Positions 19,743 through 27,742 of a stretch of 43,860 bases of DNA are shown piece by piece. A program made the translations under genes and the position numbers. Source of the DNA: Verrucomicrobiota bacterium (GTDB taxonomy: Bacteria > Verrucomicrobiota > Verrucomicrobiia > Limisphaerales > CAIQOK01); assembly GCA_031423695.1 (NCBI GenBank), contig JANPGB010000592.1, forward strand, positions 1 to 43,860. The letters are read 5' to 3'. The first letter of the stretch is position 1. The number at the start of each line of letters is the position of its first letter. The notes beneath the pieces were generated by a model that was not told where the DNA came from, ran no database searches, and was given only the letters and a program-made list of their open reading frames with translations.

Positions 19743-20861
19743 ATGAGCGAAACACATTTGCATCACGATGTCCGCTCCATTGCCGCCGCGTTTGACTTGC
19801 GCGGCCGTTTTATCTCCGCCGAACCGTGCGGCAGCGGTCACATTAACGACACCTACGCTGCGATCTGTGACTGCGCAGGTGCGCGGGTGCGCTATGTGTT
19901 CCAGCGGATCAACCACAACATCTTCAAGCAACCGGTGGCCTTGATGGAAAACATCTCGCGGGTGACCACGCATCTTCACGGCAAATTGGCCGGCTCGGGC
20001 GCGTCCCAGCCCACGCGCCGCGCCCTCACGCTCCTCCGGACGCACGCCGGCAAAGTCTGGCACCTGGACGAGGCCGGGAATTACTGGCGCGTATATCTTT
20101 TTATTGAGGGTGCCAAAACTTACGATTACATCGAAACGCCGCAGCAGGCTTTTGATTCGGCGCAGGCATTCGGTGAATTTCAGAAGTTGCTGGCTGATTT
20201 GCCGGCACCGCGCTTGCACGACACGATCCCTGGATTCCATGACACCCGAAGCCGCTTCAACGCGCTGCTTCGGGCCATCGAGGCGGACTCCGGCAATCGC
20301 GCCATCGGGGTCAAGTCCGAGATCGAGTTCGTCCTTCAACGTGAGGCAATGGTGGATGTGCTGCTGCAGGCGCAGGCGCGTGGGGAATTGCCCGAGCGCG
20401 TGACGCACAACGACACCAAGCTGAACAACGTCATGCTGGACGATGTGACGGGCGAGGGCGTCTGCGTGATTGACTTGGACACGGTGATGCCCGGCCTGAC
20501 GCTCTATGATTTCGGCGACATGTGTCGAACGGCCTGCCGCCCGACAGCGGAGGATGAGTCAGATCTCTCCCGGGTGACAATGCATTTGCCGATGTTTGAA
20601 TCGCTGGTGGCCGGCTATTTGAAGTCCGCCGGCGGATTTTTGGTGGCGGCCGAGAGGGGGTATCTGGCATTTTCCGCAGGCTTGATCACTTTCGAAATTG
20701 GATTGCGCTTTCTGACGGACCACCTGGAAGGCGACCGTTACTACAAGATTCATCGGAACGGCCACAATCTGGACCGGGCGCGCGTACAGTTCAAGATGGT
20801 CGAGTCCTTCGAGCGGAACGCCTCCGCCATGAACCGGATCGTGTCGCGGAGCGAAGGTTGA
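19743..20861 (+). CDS. N-acetylhexosamine 1-kinase-like (NahK/LnpB-type) APH-family sugar anomeric kinase
   Basis: Colinear by eye with Bifidobacterium NahK as I remember it: EPCGSGHINDTY, QRINHNIFK, WRVY.FIEGA, FHDT..RF, VTHNDTKLNNVMLDD, VIDLDTVMPG, FLTDHLEGD.YY. Confidence 0.75.
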   Translation: MSETHLHHDVRSIAAAFDLRGRFISAEPCGSGHINDTYAAICDCAGARVRYVFQRINHNIFKQPVALMENISRVTTHLHGKLAGSGASQPTRRALTLLRTHAGKVWHLDEAGNYWRVYLFIEGAKTYDYIETPQQAFDSAQAFGEFQKLLADLPAPRLHDTIPGFHDTRSRFNALLRAIEADSGNRAIGVKSEIEFVLQREAMVDVLLQAQARGELPERVTHNDTKLNNVMLDDVTGEGVCVIDLDTVMPGLTLYDFGDMCRTACRPTAEDESDLSRVTMHLPMFESLVAGYLKSAGGFLVAAERGYLAFSAGLITFEIGLRFLTDHLEGDRYYKIHRNGHNLDRARVQFKMVESFERNASAMNRIVSRSEG

Positions 20862-20891
20862 AACACTGCGAAAACCCGTTATCGAAACCAA

Positions 20892-22781
20892 ATGAAACTA
20901 CAAGTCATTGACTGGATCATCGTTGTCGCCTCGCTGCTCGTCTGCTTTGTGCCGGCGCTGTTTTTCGGCAAGCGCGGCGGGAAGAACACCGCCGAGTTTT
21001 TTGCCTCCGGCCGGTCGGTGCCGTGGTGGCTGGCGGGGCTTTCCATGGTCGCGACGACGTTCAGCAGCGACACGCCCAACTGGGTGACGGAGCAGGTGCG
21101 CAAGTTCGGCGTGGCCGGCAACTGGCAATGGTGGGCGTTTGTGTTGACCGGTGTGGCCACGGTTTTTTACTTCGCCCGGCTCTGGCGGCGTTCCGGCGTG
21201 ATGACGGATCTGGAATTTTATGAGGTTCGTTACTCGGGCAAAGCCTCCTCGGTGGTGCGCGGTTTCCGTGCCGTGTATCTCGGCCTGTTTTATAATTGTT
21301 TCATCATGGGTATGGTCACGCTGGCGGGCTGCAAGATTGCCAACATCCTTTTCGGCCTGCCGCCGTGGCAGACGATTCTTATCTGCGGCATCCTGAACGT
21401 GGCCTTCGCCTCGCACTCCGGCCTCTGGGGGGTGCTCGTCATCGACATGATTCAATTTTTTATCAAGATGACGGCCGTGGTCGCGGCGGCGTATTTTTCC
21501 CTCAAGGCGGTGGGGGGCCTGGATGTCTTGATTGAGAAACTGGGCAAACTTCAGGTGGTGACTCCCGACGGTGGCCAGCCGGTGATGTCCGCGATCAATG
21601 GCAGCGGTCAGCCGATTCTGGACATGCTGCCGAACTTCTCAATGTGGCAACTGGCCCTCATGATTTTCATCATGCCGATCGCCATCGGTTGGTGGGCCAA
21701 CTGGTATCCCGGCTCCGAACCGGGCGGCGGCAGTTATATTGCGCAACGCATGCTGGCCTCGAAATCCGAGAAGGATTCTTTGGGCGGCGCATTATTTTTC
21801 AACCTCGCTCATTACGTCCTGCGGCCCTGGCCGTGGATCATCACGGCCTTGTGTTCGATCATCATTTATCCCGACCTCGCTTCAATCCAGGCCGCATTTC
21901 CCAATGCCGATCCCAAGTTGATCGGACATGACAGCGCCTTCCCGGCCATGCTGAAGTTTCTGCCGCCCGGCTTCGTGGGACTCATGGTCGGCGGGTTGAT
22001 TGCCGCAAGTTCGTCCACGATCCTGACCCATCTGAACTGGGGTTCCTCCTATCTGGTGCATGACTTTTACCGGCGGTTCATCAAGACCGATGCGAGTGAA
22101 AAACATTACGTGAATGTGGGCCGGCTCTGCACCGTGGGGCTTTACGTCGTGGCCGCATTGGTGAGCACGCAGATGAGTTCGGCCCAGCAGGCGTTTCAGA
22201 TCCTGCTCTCGATCGGGGCGGGCACCGGCCTGCTGTATATCGTGCGCTGGTTCTGGTGGCGGGTGTCGGCCTGGTGCGAAGTGACCGCCATGGCCGCCTC
22301 GCTGATCAGCGCGGCCGGTTTTCCTTATCTGGAAAAGGCCGGCGTCTTGCCGCACCTCGGGTTTGCGCAGACGACGATTCTGCAGGTGAGCTTCACGACC
22401 ATTTGCTGGTTGATTGCGGCTTTCGCGGCTCCCCAGACGGAGCGTGCGAAGCTGATTGAGTTTTACCGCAAGGTGCATCCAGCCGGGCCGGGTTGGACCA
22501 AGGTGCGGCTTGAGGCCGGGGTGACGGAATCCGAGGCGGCCTTGCATGGCGATCACATGGGCATGGCAACCGCTGGTTGGATCTCGGGATGTGTGGTCAT
22601 CTGGTCGTCGTTGTTTGCCATTGGCAATTTTCTGTACGGCCACACGCGGCCGGCCATGATCCTGACCGGCGTCTTTGTGGTCAGCGGTTTGGTGTTGCTC
22701 TACGTCGTCAATCATTTGTGGGATGCAAAAGATCAGACCGGTATCACGGCGTCCAGCAAAACTCCCGATCACGCCAGTTGA
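20892..22781 (+). CDS. Sodium:solute symporter (SSS/SSF) family transporter
   Basis: 629 aa and polytopic. The N-terminal SSF pattern is AEFFASGRSVPWWLAGLSMVATTFSSDTP, with about 13 or more hydrophobic segments. Confidence 0.85.
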   Translation: MKLQVIDWIIVVASLLVCFVPALFFGKRGGKNTAEFFASGRSVPWWLAGLSMVATTFSSDTPNWVTEQVRKFGVAGNWQWWAFVLTGVATVFYFARLWRRSGVMTDLEFYEVRYSGKASSVVRGFRAVYLGLFYNCFIMGMVTLAGCKIANILFGLPPWQTILICGILNVAFASHSGLWGVLVIDMIQFFIKMTAVVAAAYFSLKAVGGLDVLIEKLGKLQVVTPDGGQPVMSAINGSGQPILDMLPNFSMWQLALMIFIMPIAIGWWANWYPGSEPGGGSYIAQRMLASKSEKDSLGGALFFNLAHYVLRPWPWIITALCSIIIYPDLASIQAAFPNADPKLIGHDSAFPAMLKFLPPGFVGLMVGGLIAASSSTILTHLNWGSSYLVHDFYRRFIKTDASEKHYVNVGRLCTVGLYVVAALVSTQMSSAQQAFQILLSIGAGTGLLYIVRWFWWRVSAWCEVTAMAASLISAAGFPYLEKAGVLPHLGFAQTTILQVSFTTICWLIAAFAAPQTERAKLIEFYRKVHPAGPGWTKVRLEAGVTESEAALHGDHMGMATAGWISGCVVIWSSLFAIGNFLYGHTRPAMILTGVFVVSGLVLLYVVNHLWDAKDQTGITASSKTPDHAS

Positions 22782-22888
22782 TTACATTCCATCATCCATG
22801 AACATGAGTGAACAATTCCATCGTCCGCGCTTCGTGGCGCACGTTCGTAGCGTTGCTGCGACGGCGAATATTCGGAAAGGTTTTTGAC

Positions 22889-23827
22889 ATGAAGGTTCTC
22901 GTTACCGGTGGCGCGGGTTTTATCGGCAGCCATATTGTTGAACATTTCCAGGGCCGGGCCGAGGTGCGCGTGCTGGACAATTTACGCTCCGGTTTTCGGC
23001 ATAATCTAAACGGCCTGCCGCACGAGTTCATCGCCGGCTCGATTTTGGATCGCGACCTCGTTCGTCAGGCGGTGGCCGGTGTGGATTGCATCTTCCATCT
23101 CGCGGCCATGATCAGCGTGCCGGAGTCCATGACGAATCCCGTCGGATGCAATGAAATCAACACCACCGGCACGTTGGTGCTGCTCGAGGAAGCGGCGCGC
23201 GCCAAGGTCAGGAAAATTGTCCTCAGCAGTTCGGCCGCAATTTACGGGGACAATCCAGTGACGCCCAAACTCGAGACGATGATGCCCGAGCCGAAGAGCC
23301 CGTACGCGATCACAAAGCTCGACGGCGAATTCTACTTCAAGATGTTTGCCGACGAGGGGCGCATCCAGACCGCCTGCCTGCGCTATTTCAACGTCTTCGG
23401 GCCGCGCCAGGATCCGCAGAGCCAGTATGCCGCCGCCGTGCCCATCTTTATTGATCGCGCGGTGAGGCATGAGCCGATCACCATTCACGGCGACGGCGAG
23501 CAGACCCGCGACTTCATCTACGTGAAAGACATCGTGGCGGCGAACGTGTTCTTTGCGACCCAGTCTCCGGCGATCGGCGTGTTCAATGTCGGTTACGGCC
23601 GGCGGACTTCGATCAAGGAACTCGCGGCCGCGATCTGTCGCCTGACGGGTTCGCGCTCCGAGATCCGGCACGCGCCCGAGCGCGCGGGTGATGTGAAACA
23701 TTCGCTCGCCGCCGTGGACAAATTGCGTGCCACGGGCTTCGTGCCGACGACCAATTTTGACGAGGGATTGCGCTCCACCGTGGAGTTCTTTCGCCACAAG
23801 GCAGATCAAAGCCAAATCAAGAGCTAA
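22889..23827 (+). CDS. NAD-dependent nucleotide-sugar 4-epimerase (extended SDR; GalE/WbpP-like)
   Basis: MKVLVTGGAGFIGSH, SSSAAIYG, catalytic SPYAITK (YxxxK), RYFNVFGPRQ. Start taken at ATG 22889 rather than the tracked 22808. Confidence 0.85.
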   Translation: MKVLVTGGAGFIGSHIVEHFQGRAEVRVLDNLRSGFRHNLNGLPHEFIAGSILDRDLVRQAVAGVDCIFHLAAMISVPESMTNPVGCNEINTTGTLVLLEEAARAKVRKIVLSSSAAIYGDNPVTPKLETMMPEPKSPYAITKLDGEFYFKMFADEGRIQTACLRYFNVFGPRQDPQSQYAAAVPIFIDRAVRHEPITIHGDGEQTRDFIYVKDIVAANVFFATQSPAIGVFNVGYGRRTSIKELAAAICRLTGSRSEIRHAPERAGDVKHSLAAVDKLRATGFVPTTNFDEGLRSTVEFFRHKADQSQIKS

Positions 23828-24000
23828 GCCCGCCAAAGGCAAACGCATTTTTGTTCTGGGTTGATGCTGGACGGCTAAGCTAGGCGGCGGAGGCCGATTA
23901 TGTGACGGTCCCGTGCCTGCTGGAAGCCGCCGACAAGAATCTGCTGAATGAAAAGCTCAAGGACCCGATTGAACTGATCAAGGAACGCCGCGAAGTGATT
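23828..24000 (+). pseudogene. Decayed, internally deleted second copy of the 3' end of the Kef-type antiporter gene
   Basis: By hand alignment, 23826-23875 matches 19192-19241 at 45/50. Then 23880-23933 matches 19551-19604 at 47/54, and 23934-24000 matches 19632-19698 at about 84 percent. Relative to the intact gene, about 305 nt and a further 27 nt are missing. The tracked ORF 23902..24147 begins by translating this remnant (LLEAADKNLLNEKLKDPIELIKERREVI versus LLEAAD...KNLLEEKRKEQIELLEERREVI). Confidence 0.75.
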
Positions 24001-24175
24001 GCGGGACGGGGTGACGTCGGTGGGCGAAGGTGCCGGTTCCCATTTCATCAGCCAATCGCTTCGCGATTTGCGACCGAAACCACTCCCTGCTTGGTGTCAG
24101 GCCTCCGCCATAACCACGAGTTTTGGTTGATTCAAGCTGCGGAATGAAGGCGCCAGCGCCGTTCAGAAGTTGAGT

Positions 24176-24191
24176 TGGAACGCGACTTGCG
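24176..24191 (+). promoter_or_regulatory. Sigma-54-type -24/-12 promoter upstream of the Ig-domain protein / NtrC-type activator genes
   Basis: TGGAACGCGACTTGCG versus the consensus TGGCACG-N4-TTGCW. GG is at 24177-24178 and GC at 24189-24190, which is the exact canonical spacing. It lies about 75 nt upstream of ATG 24266, in the correct orientation. Confidence 0.55.
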
Positions 24192-24265
24192 ATAGCTTGC
24201 AGTCGTCCACGCGGCGGCGTCCCGCTCGCAATGAGCCTTGCCTCCGCGAATGCGTATCCCAAATC

Positions 24266-25990
24266 ATGATTACTGTTTCCAGAACCTTGCGGTTGGGTTG
24301 GTTTTTCTGCCTTTGCTTCAAGTCAGCGCTGGCGCTGGGACAGGATTTTTCCGATTCCTTCGCCAGCCGCCAACTGCTCACCGGCACCTCTGAGTTCATC
24401 ACGGGCTCGAACACCATTGCCACGGTGGAGCCTTACGAGCCAAAGCACGCTGGAAAAATTGGCGGCCATTCGGTTTGGATTTCCTGGCTGGCGCCGGACA
24501 GCGGCCTGGTCACGCTCAACACCGTTGGCAGCACATTCGACACGTTGCTGGCGGTTTATGCGCTGGAACCTGGCAACGATCCGCCGCTCGAACGCCTGCA
24601 GGAGATCGCCGCAAACGACGACAACGGCACCGCAAAAACCTCGCTGGTACAATTTGGCGCGCAGCCCGGTCAGGAGTATGAAATCGCCATTGACGGTTTC
24701 AACGGTGACCTCGGAGACATCGCATTCCAACTTGATTTCCTTTCCTCCACCAACTTTCTGCCCACGGTGTTGCGCCGCCCCAACGACGAGGCGTTGCGGA
24801 TCGGTGACCCGCTGATCCTCACGATTAATCTGATCAAGACTAAAGCACTCGAATTGAACTGGTACCTCAACAGCAATGCCGTTTATGGAGCGGATGCGCC
24901 AACGCTGGTGATCCCCAGTCTCCAAGAGACGAATCTGGGATTCTACAACCTCCGCCTGAAGGTGGAAGACGTCGGTTTTTTCACCTCTGCCATCGAGATT
25001 CAGGTCAACTCCGAGGGTCTGATCAATGTGCTGGCCCGCAACAAACTCGCGGACTCGGTCACTTCCGGCCTCGCGCCGGGTGCTGGCGGAAGTCTCAGTG
25101 GACCTTTCAAAATGTTCAACCTGACCTCGGGGGTGATTCGCGGTTACAATGGCACGCAGATTTTCAACACCAGCCTGGCCACGATTGACCCCACCGAACC
25201 GGCGCACTGCGGTGTGAACGGCGGCGCGTCGTACTGGTTTTCATACCAGGCACCAACCAACGGCGCGATGCACGTGGACACTTTCGGCAGCACCTACGAC
25301 ACGGTGCTGGCAATTTATACCTACAACGGCACTCTTTACAGCTTCACCAACCTTGTCCCCGTCACGTGCGACAACAACGGTGGTCCCGACGGACTCACCA
25401 GCGTGGTGGACTACGCCACGGACAAGAACCGCAACTATTTCATCGTCGTGGACGGTGTCAACAGCGCCCGCGGCACCGCCTACCTGAATTACCGCCTGAC
25501 CACCGGTACCCCGGCGCAAGCGCCGGTGATCGCCACCCAACCGCAATCCCTCGTGGCCGCGCGCAGCACGGCAGTGGCGTTGACGGCCGCGGCAGGCGGC
25601 ACGGCACCGCTCGCCTATCAATGGTGGCGGAATAGTTCGCGCCTGAGTCAGAAGACCAACGCCAGCCTCACTTTCCTCGATCCGCAAAGCCAGGACGCCG
25701 GCAACTACACCGTCACCGTCACAAACCTGGCCGGCGCCGCCACCAGCTCCGTCGCTAAACTCAGCGTGCTTTCCGCGCCCTATTACTACCTCAACAACGC
25801 TTCCAACCTTTTTATTTCCGCCTTTCCAGTGACACGCGGCTACCAATACGCTGTGGATTGTGCGGCCCAACCAACAACCGGATCGTGGTGGCTCAAGACC
25901 AACGCCTTTGCCGACTTTGGCGGCATCGTCTGGGTTACGAATTCAACCCGGTATTCGAACTCCATGTATTTCCGCGTGCATCTGCCATGA
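24266..25990 (+). CDS. Secreted protein: two PPC-like beta-sandwich repeats, Ig I-set domain, C-terminal FYRxxxP module
   Basis: Signal peptide MITVSRTLRLGWFFCLCFKSALALGQ. There are two paralogous units (EPYEPKHAGKIGGHSVWISWLAPDSGLVTLNTVGSTFDTLLAVYAL and DPTEPAHCGVNGGASYWFSYQAPTNGAMHVDTFGSTYDTVLAIYTY). The Ig unit is PVIATQPQSLVA...YQWWRN...DAGNYTVTVTNLAGAATS. The protein ends MYFRVHLP. Confidence 0.75.
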   Translation: MITVSRTLRLGWFFCLCFKSALALGQDFSDSFASRQLLTGTSEFITGSNTIATVEPYEPKHAGKIGGHSVWISWLAPDSGLVTLNTVGSTFDTLLAVYALEPGNDPPLERLQEIAANDDNGTAKTSLVQFGAQPGQEYEIAIDGFNGDLGDIAFQLDFLSSTNFLPTVLRRPNDEALRIGDPLILTINLIKTKALELNWYLNSNAVYGADAPTLVIPSLQETNLGFYNLRLKVEDVGFFTSAIEIQVNSEGLINVLARNKLADSVTSGLAPGAGGSLSGPFKMFNLTSGVIRGYNGTQIFNTSLATIDPTEPAHCGVNGGASYWFSYQAPTNGAMHVDTFGSTYDTVLAIYTYNGTLYSFTNLVPVTCDNNGGPDGLTSVVDYATDKNRNYFIVVDGVNSARGTAYLNYRLTTGTPAQAPVIATQPQSLVAARSTAVALTAAAGGTAPLAYQWWRNSSRLSQKTNASLTFLDPQSQDAGNYTVTVTNLAGAATSSVAKLSVLSAPYYYLNNASNLFISAFPVTRGYQYAVDCAAQPTTGSWWLKTNAFADFGGIVWVTNSTRYSNSMYFRVHLP

Positions 25991-26036
25991 GCCATTTTCC
26001 GCGTAGCGCCACCGCCGCGCCGAGGAGTCAAATACG

Positions 26037-27425
26037 ATGAGCGATGCCTCGCCAGACCCCTTCTCCTGCCTGATCGTGGACGACGATGCGGGGTTCGTCT
26101 CCATGCTCGCCAAAGTCGTGACCCAGGAGGGCGGGCGATCCACCCATTGCGAAAACCTCCAGGCCGCGCGGGCGGAAATCCAGCGCAACACTTTCGATCT
26201 GGTTCTCCTCGACAACCGTCTGCCAGACGGCACCGGCTACGAATTTCATCCCCAGCTCCAACGCTGCTGCCCCAACACCATCGTCCTCATGATCACCGGC
26301 GTCCCCGAACTGGCGCAGGCCATTGAACTCACCCGTAACGGCCTCTTCGATTATCTGACCAAGCCGCTGAACGTCGCCGATTTCACCGCGTCTTTGCGTC
26401 GTGCCAAACTGCGCCTCAGCCATGCCGATTCGGTGGATGCGGCTGATGAACTCATCGGCAGCTCCCCTGCCCTGCACGAAGCCATCAACACGTTGCGCCA
26501 GGTCGCCCAACATCCAACCACGCCGGTGCTTTTGCTCGGCGAAACCGGCACCGGCAAAGACCTCGCCGCGCGGATGCTGCATCGCCTCAGCTATTCGGCC
26601 AGCGCAACGCCGCCGCCGTACATCCCGCTCAACTGCTCCGCCGTGCCCGCTGAAATGTTCGAAGCCGAATTGTTCGGCAGTGAAAAAGGCGCTTACACCG
26701 GCGCGGACAAACGCCGCGTCGGCCTCATTGAAGGCGCGGAAGGCGGCACGTTGTTCCTGGACGAAATCACCGAAACGCCCCTGCCGCAACAGGCCAAACT
26801 GCTGCGTTTTCTGGAGTCCCGCGAGTATCGCCCGCTCGGCAGCAACACCATGCGGGAGTTCACTGGGCGCGTCGTGGCCGCAACGAACCGCTCCCTTCAG
26901 ACCGAGGTCCGGCAGGGACGCTTCCGTGAAGACCTGATGTTCCGCCTCAGCGTCGTCGTCGTACGCCTGCCCGCACTGCGCGACCATCCCGCCGACCTTG
27001 AACCCCTGACCGAAAAGCTGCTCGCCCAGCTCAGCGAAAAATACCGGCGCAAAAAGCTGTTCCTCAAACCGCCGGATCTGGCGGCGCTGCGCGAATATCG
27101 CTTCCCCGGCAACGTGCGTGAACTGCGCAATCTGCTTGAACGCTCCCTGCTGCGCACACCGGGGGATTCCCAATCGCTCGCCTTTGACCTCACCTGGCTG
27201 GGCAGCAGCATAGCGACCGAAGCCGCCGAGGCGCTGCCACCGCTGCCGACGGAGCGCCAACTCAGCGCCATCGAGCTCCAGGAGTATCGCCTCATCCAGC
27301 AGACCTTGCGCACGGAAGGCGGCGCGATCCGCCGCGCTGCGGCCAAGCTCGGCATCACGCATCAGGCGCTGTTGCGGCGTCTGGAAAAATGGCCGGAGCT
27401 GCGCCAGGTGCTTCCGCATTCGTGA
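26037..27425 (+). CDS. NtrC-family sigma-54-dependent response regulator (REC-AAA+-HTH)
   Basis: REC domain (LIVDDD...DLVLLDNRLPDGTG...MITG), Walker A GETGTGKD, GAYTGA loop (26688-26705), Walker B GGTLFLDEI, FREDLMFRL, and a C-terminal Fis-type HTH (AAAKLGITHQALLRRL). Confidence 0.9.
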   Translation: MSDASPDPFSCLIVDDDAGFVSMLAKVVTQEGGRSTHCENLQAARAEIQRNTFDLVLLDNRLPDGTGYEFHPQLQRCCPNTIVLMITGVPELAQAIELTRNGLFDYLTKPLNVADFTASLRRAKLRLSHADSVDAADELIGSSPALHEAINTLRQVAQHPTTPVLLLGETGTGKDLAARMLHRLSYSASATPPPYIPLNCSAVPAEMFEAELFGSEKGAYTGADKRRVGLIEGAEGGTLFLDEITETPLPQQAKLLRFLESREYRPLGSNTMREFTGRVVAATNRSLQTEVRQGRFREDLMFRLSVVVVRLPALRDHPADLEPLTEKLLAQLSEKYRRKKLFLKPPDLAALREYRFPGNVRELRNLLERSLLRTPGDSQSLAFDLTWLGSSIATEAAEALPPLPTERQLSAIELQEYRLIQQTLRTEGGAIRRAAAKLGITHQALLRRLEKWPELRQVLPHS

Positions 27426-27478
27426 TTGAAAAGATTTTTTGTGCGCGCCGATTTCCCTCCACTTTCCAGAACGGCAGT

Positions 27479-27516
27479 GGACCGCTTTTGGTCCGCTCGT
27501 GGTCTGAGAACGGACC
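27479..27516. promoter_or_regulatory. Phased array of four GGWCY pentamers (candidate activator-binding UAS)
   Basis: GGACC 27479, GGTCC 27490, GGTCT 27501 and GGACC 27512, with starts exactly 11 bp apart. TGGTCCG (27489-27495) and CGGACCA (27511-27517) form a 7-bp inverted repeat. The array lies about 200 bp upstream of the -24 element at 27711. Its function is inferred only. Confidence 0.35.
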
Positions 27517-27576
27517 AGGAATGGCCGTTGCGTCACCATCGAAGCCCAGCAGCTAAAAATATCCGGCCGCCCGTGA

Positions 27577-27656
27577 CTGGTAGGGCGCATCACTCCGTGC
27601 GCGCCGATTCCGACAAGACTGGCCCCGGCGCGCACGGAGTGACGCGCCCTACCAGC
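27577..27656. repeat. 80-bp palindromic (REP/MITE-like) element: 30-bp stem with one mismatch, 19-nt loop
   Basis: CTGGTAGGGCGCATCACTCCGTGCGCGCCG (27577-27606) is the reverse complement of 27626-27655, except for A27589 opposite C27643. The loop is ATTCCGACAAGACTGGCCC. Confidence 0.85.
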
Positions 27657-27709
27657 GCCGCTGCTTTCGAAGGCGATTTATCCCGACCTCCGATCTCCAA
27701 CTGACGCTA

Positions 27710-27725
27710 CGGCACTTCGACTGCT
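27710..27725 (+). promoter_or_regulatory. Sigma-54-type -24/-12 promoter upstream of the FecR/TPR/barrel gene
   Basis: CGGCACTTCGACTGCT has GG at 27711-27712 and GC at 27723-27724, the canonical spacing. It sits only about 20-35 nt before the candidate starts (ATG 27743 or 27758), hence the lower confidence. Confidence 0.45.
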
Positions 27726-27742
27726 CAGTAGATCCTAACCAA

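Noticed and set aside
23902-24147. 81-aa ORF downstream of the epimerase gene, considered as a real small gene.
   Set aside because: Its first 34 residues are a degraded in-frame copy of the antiporter C-terminus (kef remnant). The rest reads into non-coding DNA that contains the sigma-54 promoter region. It is better explained as a pseudogene fragment.
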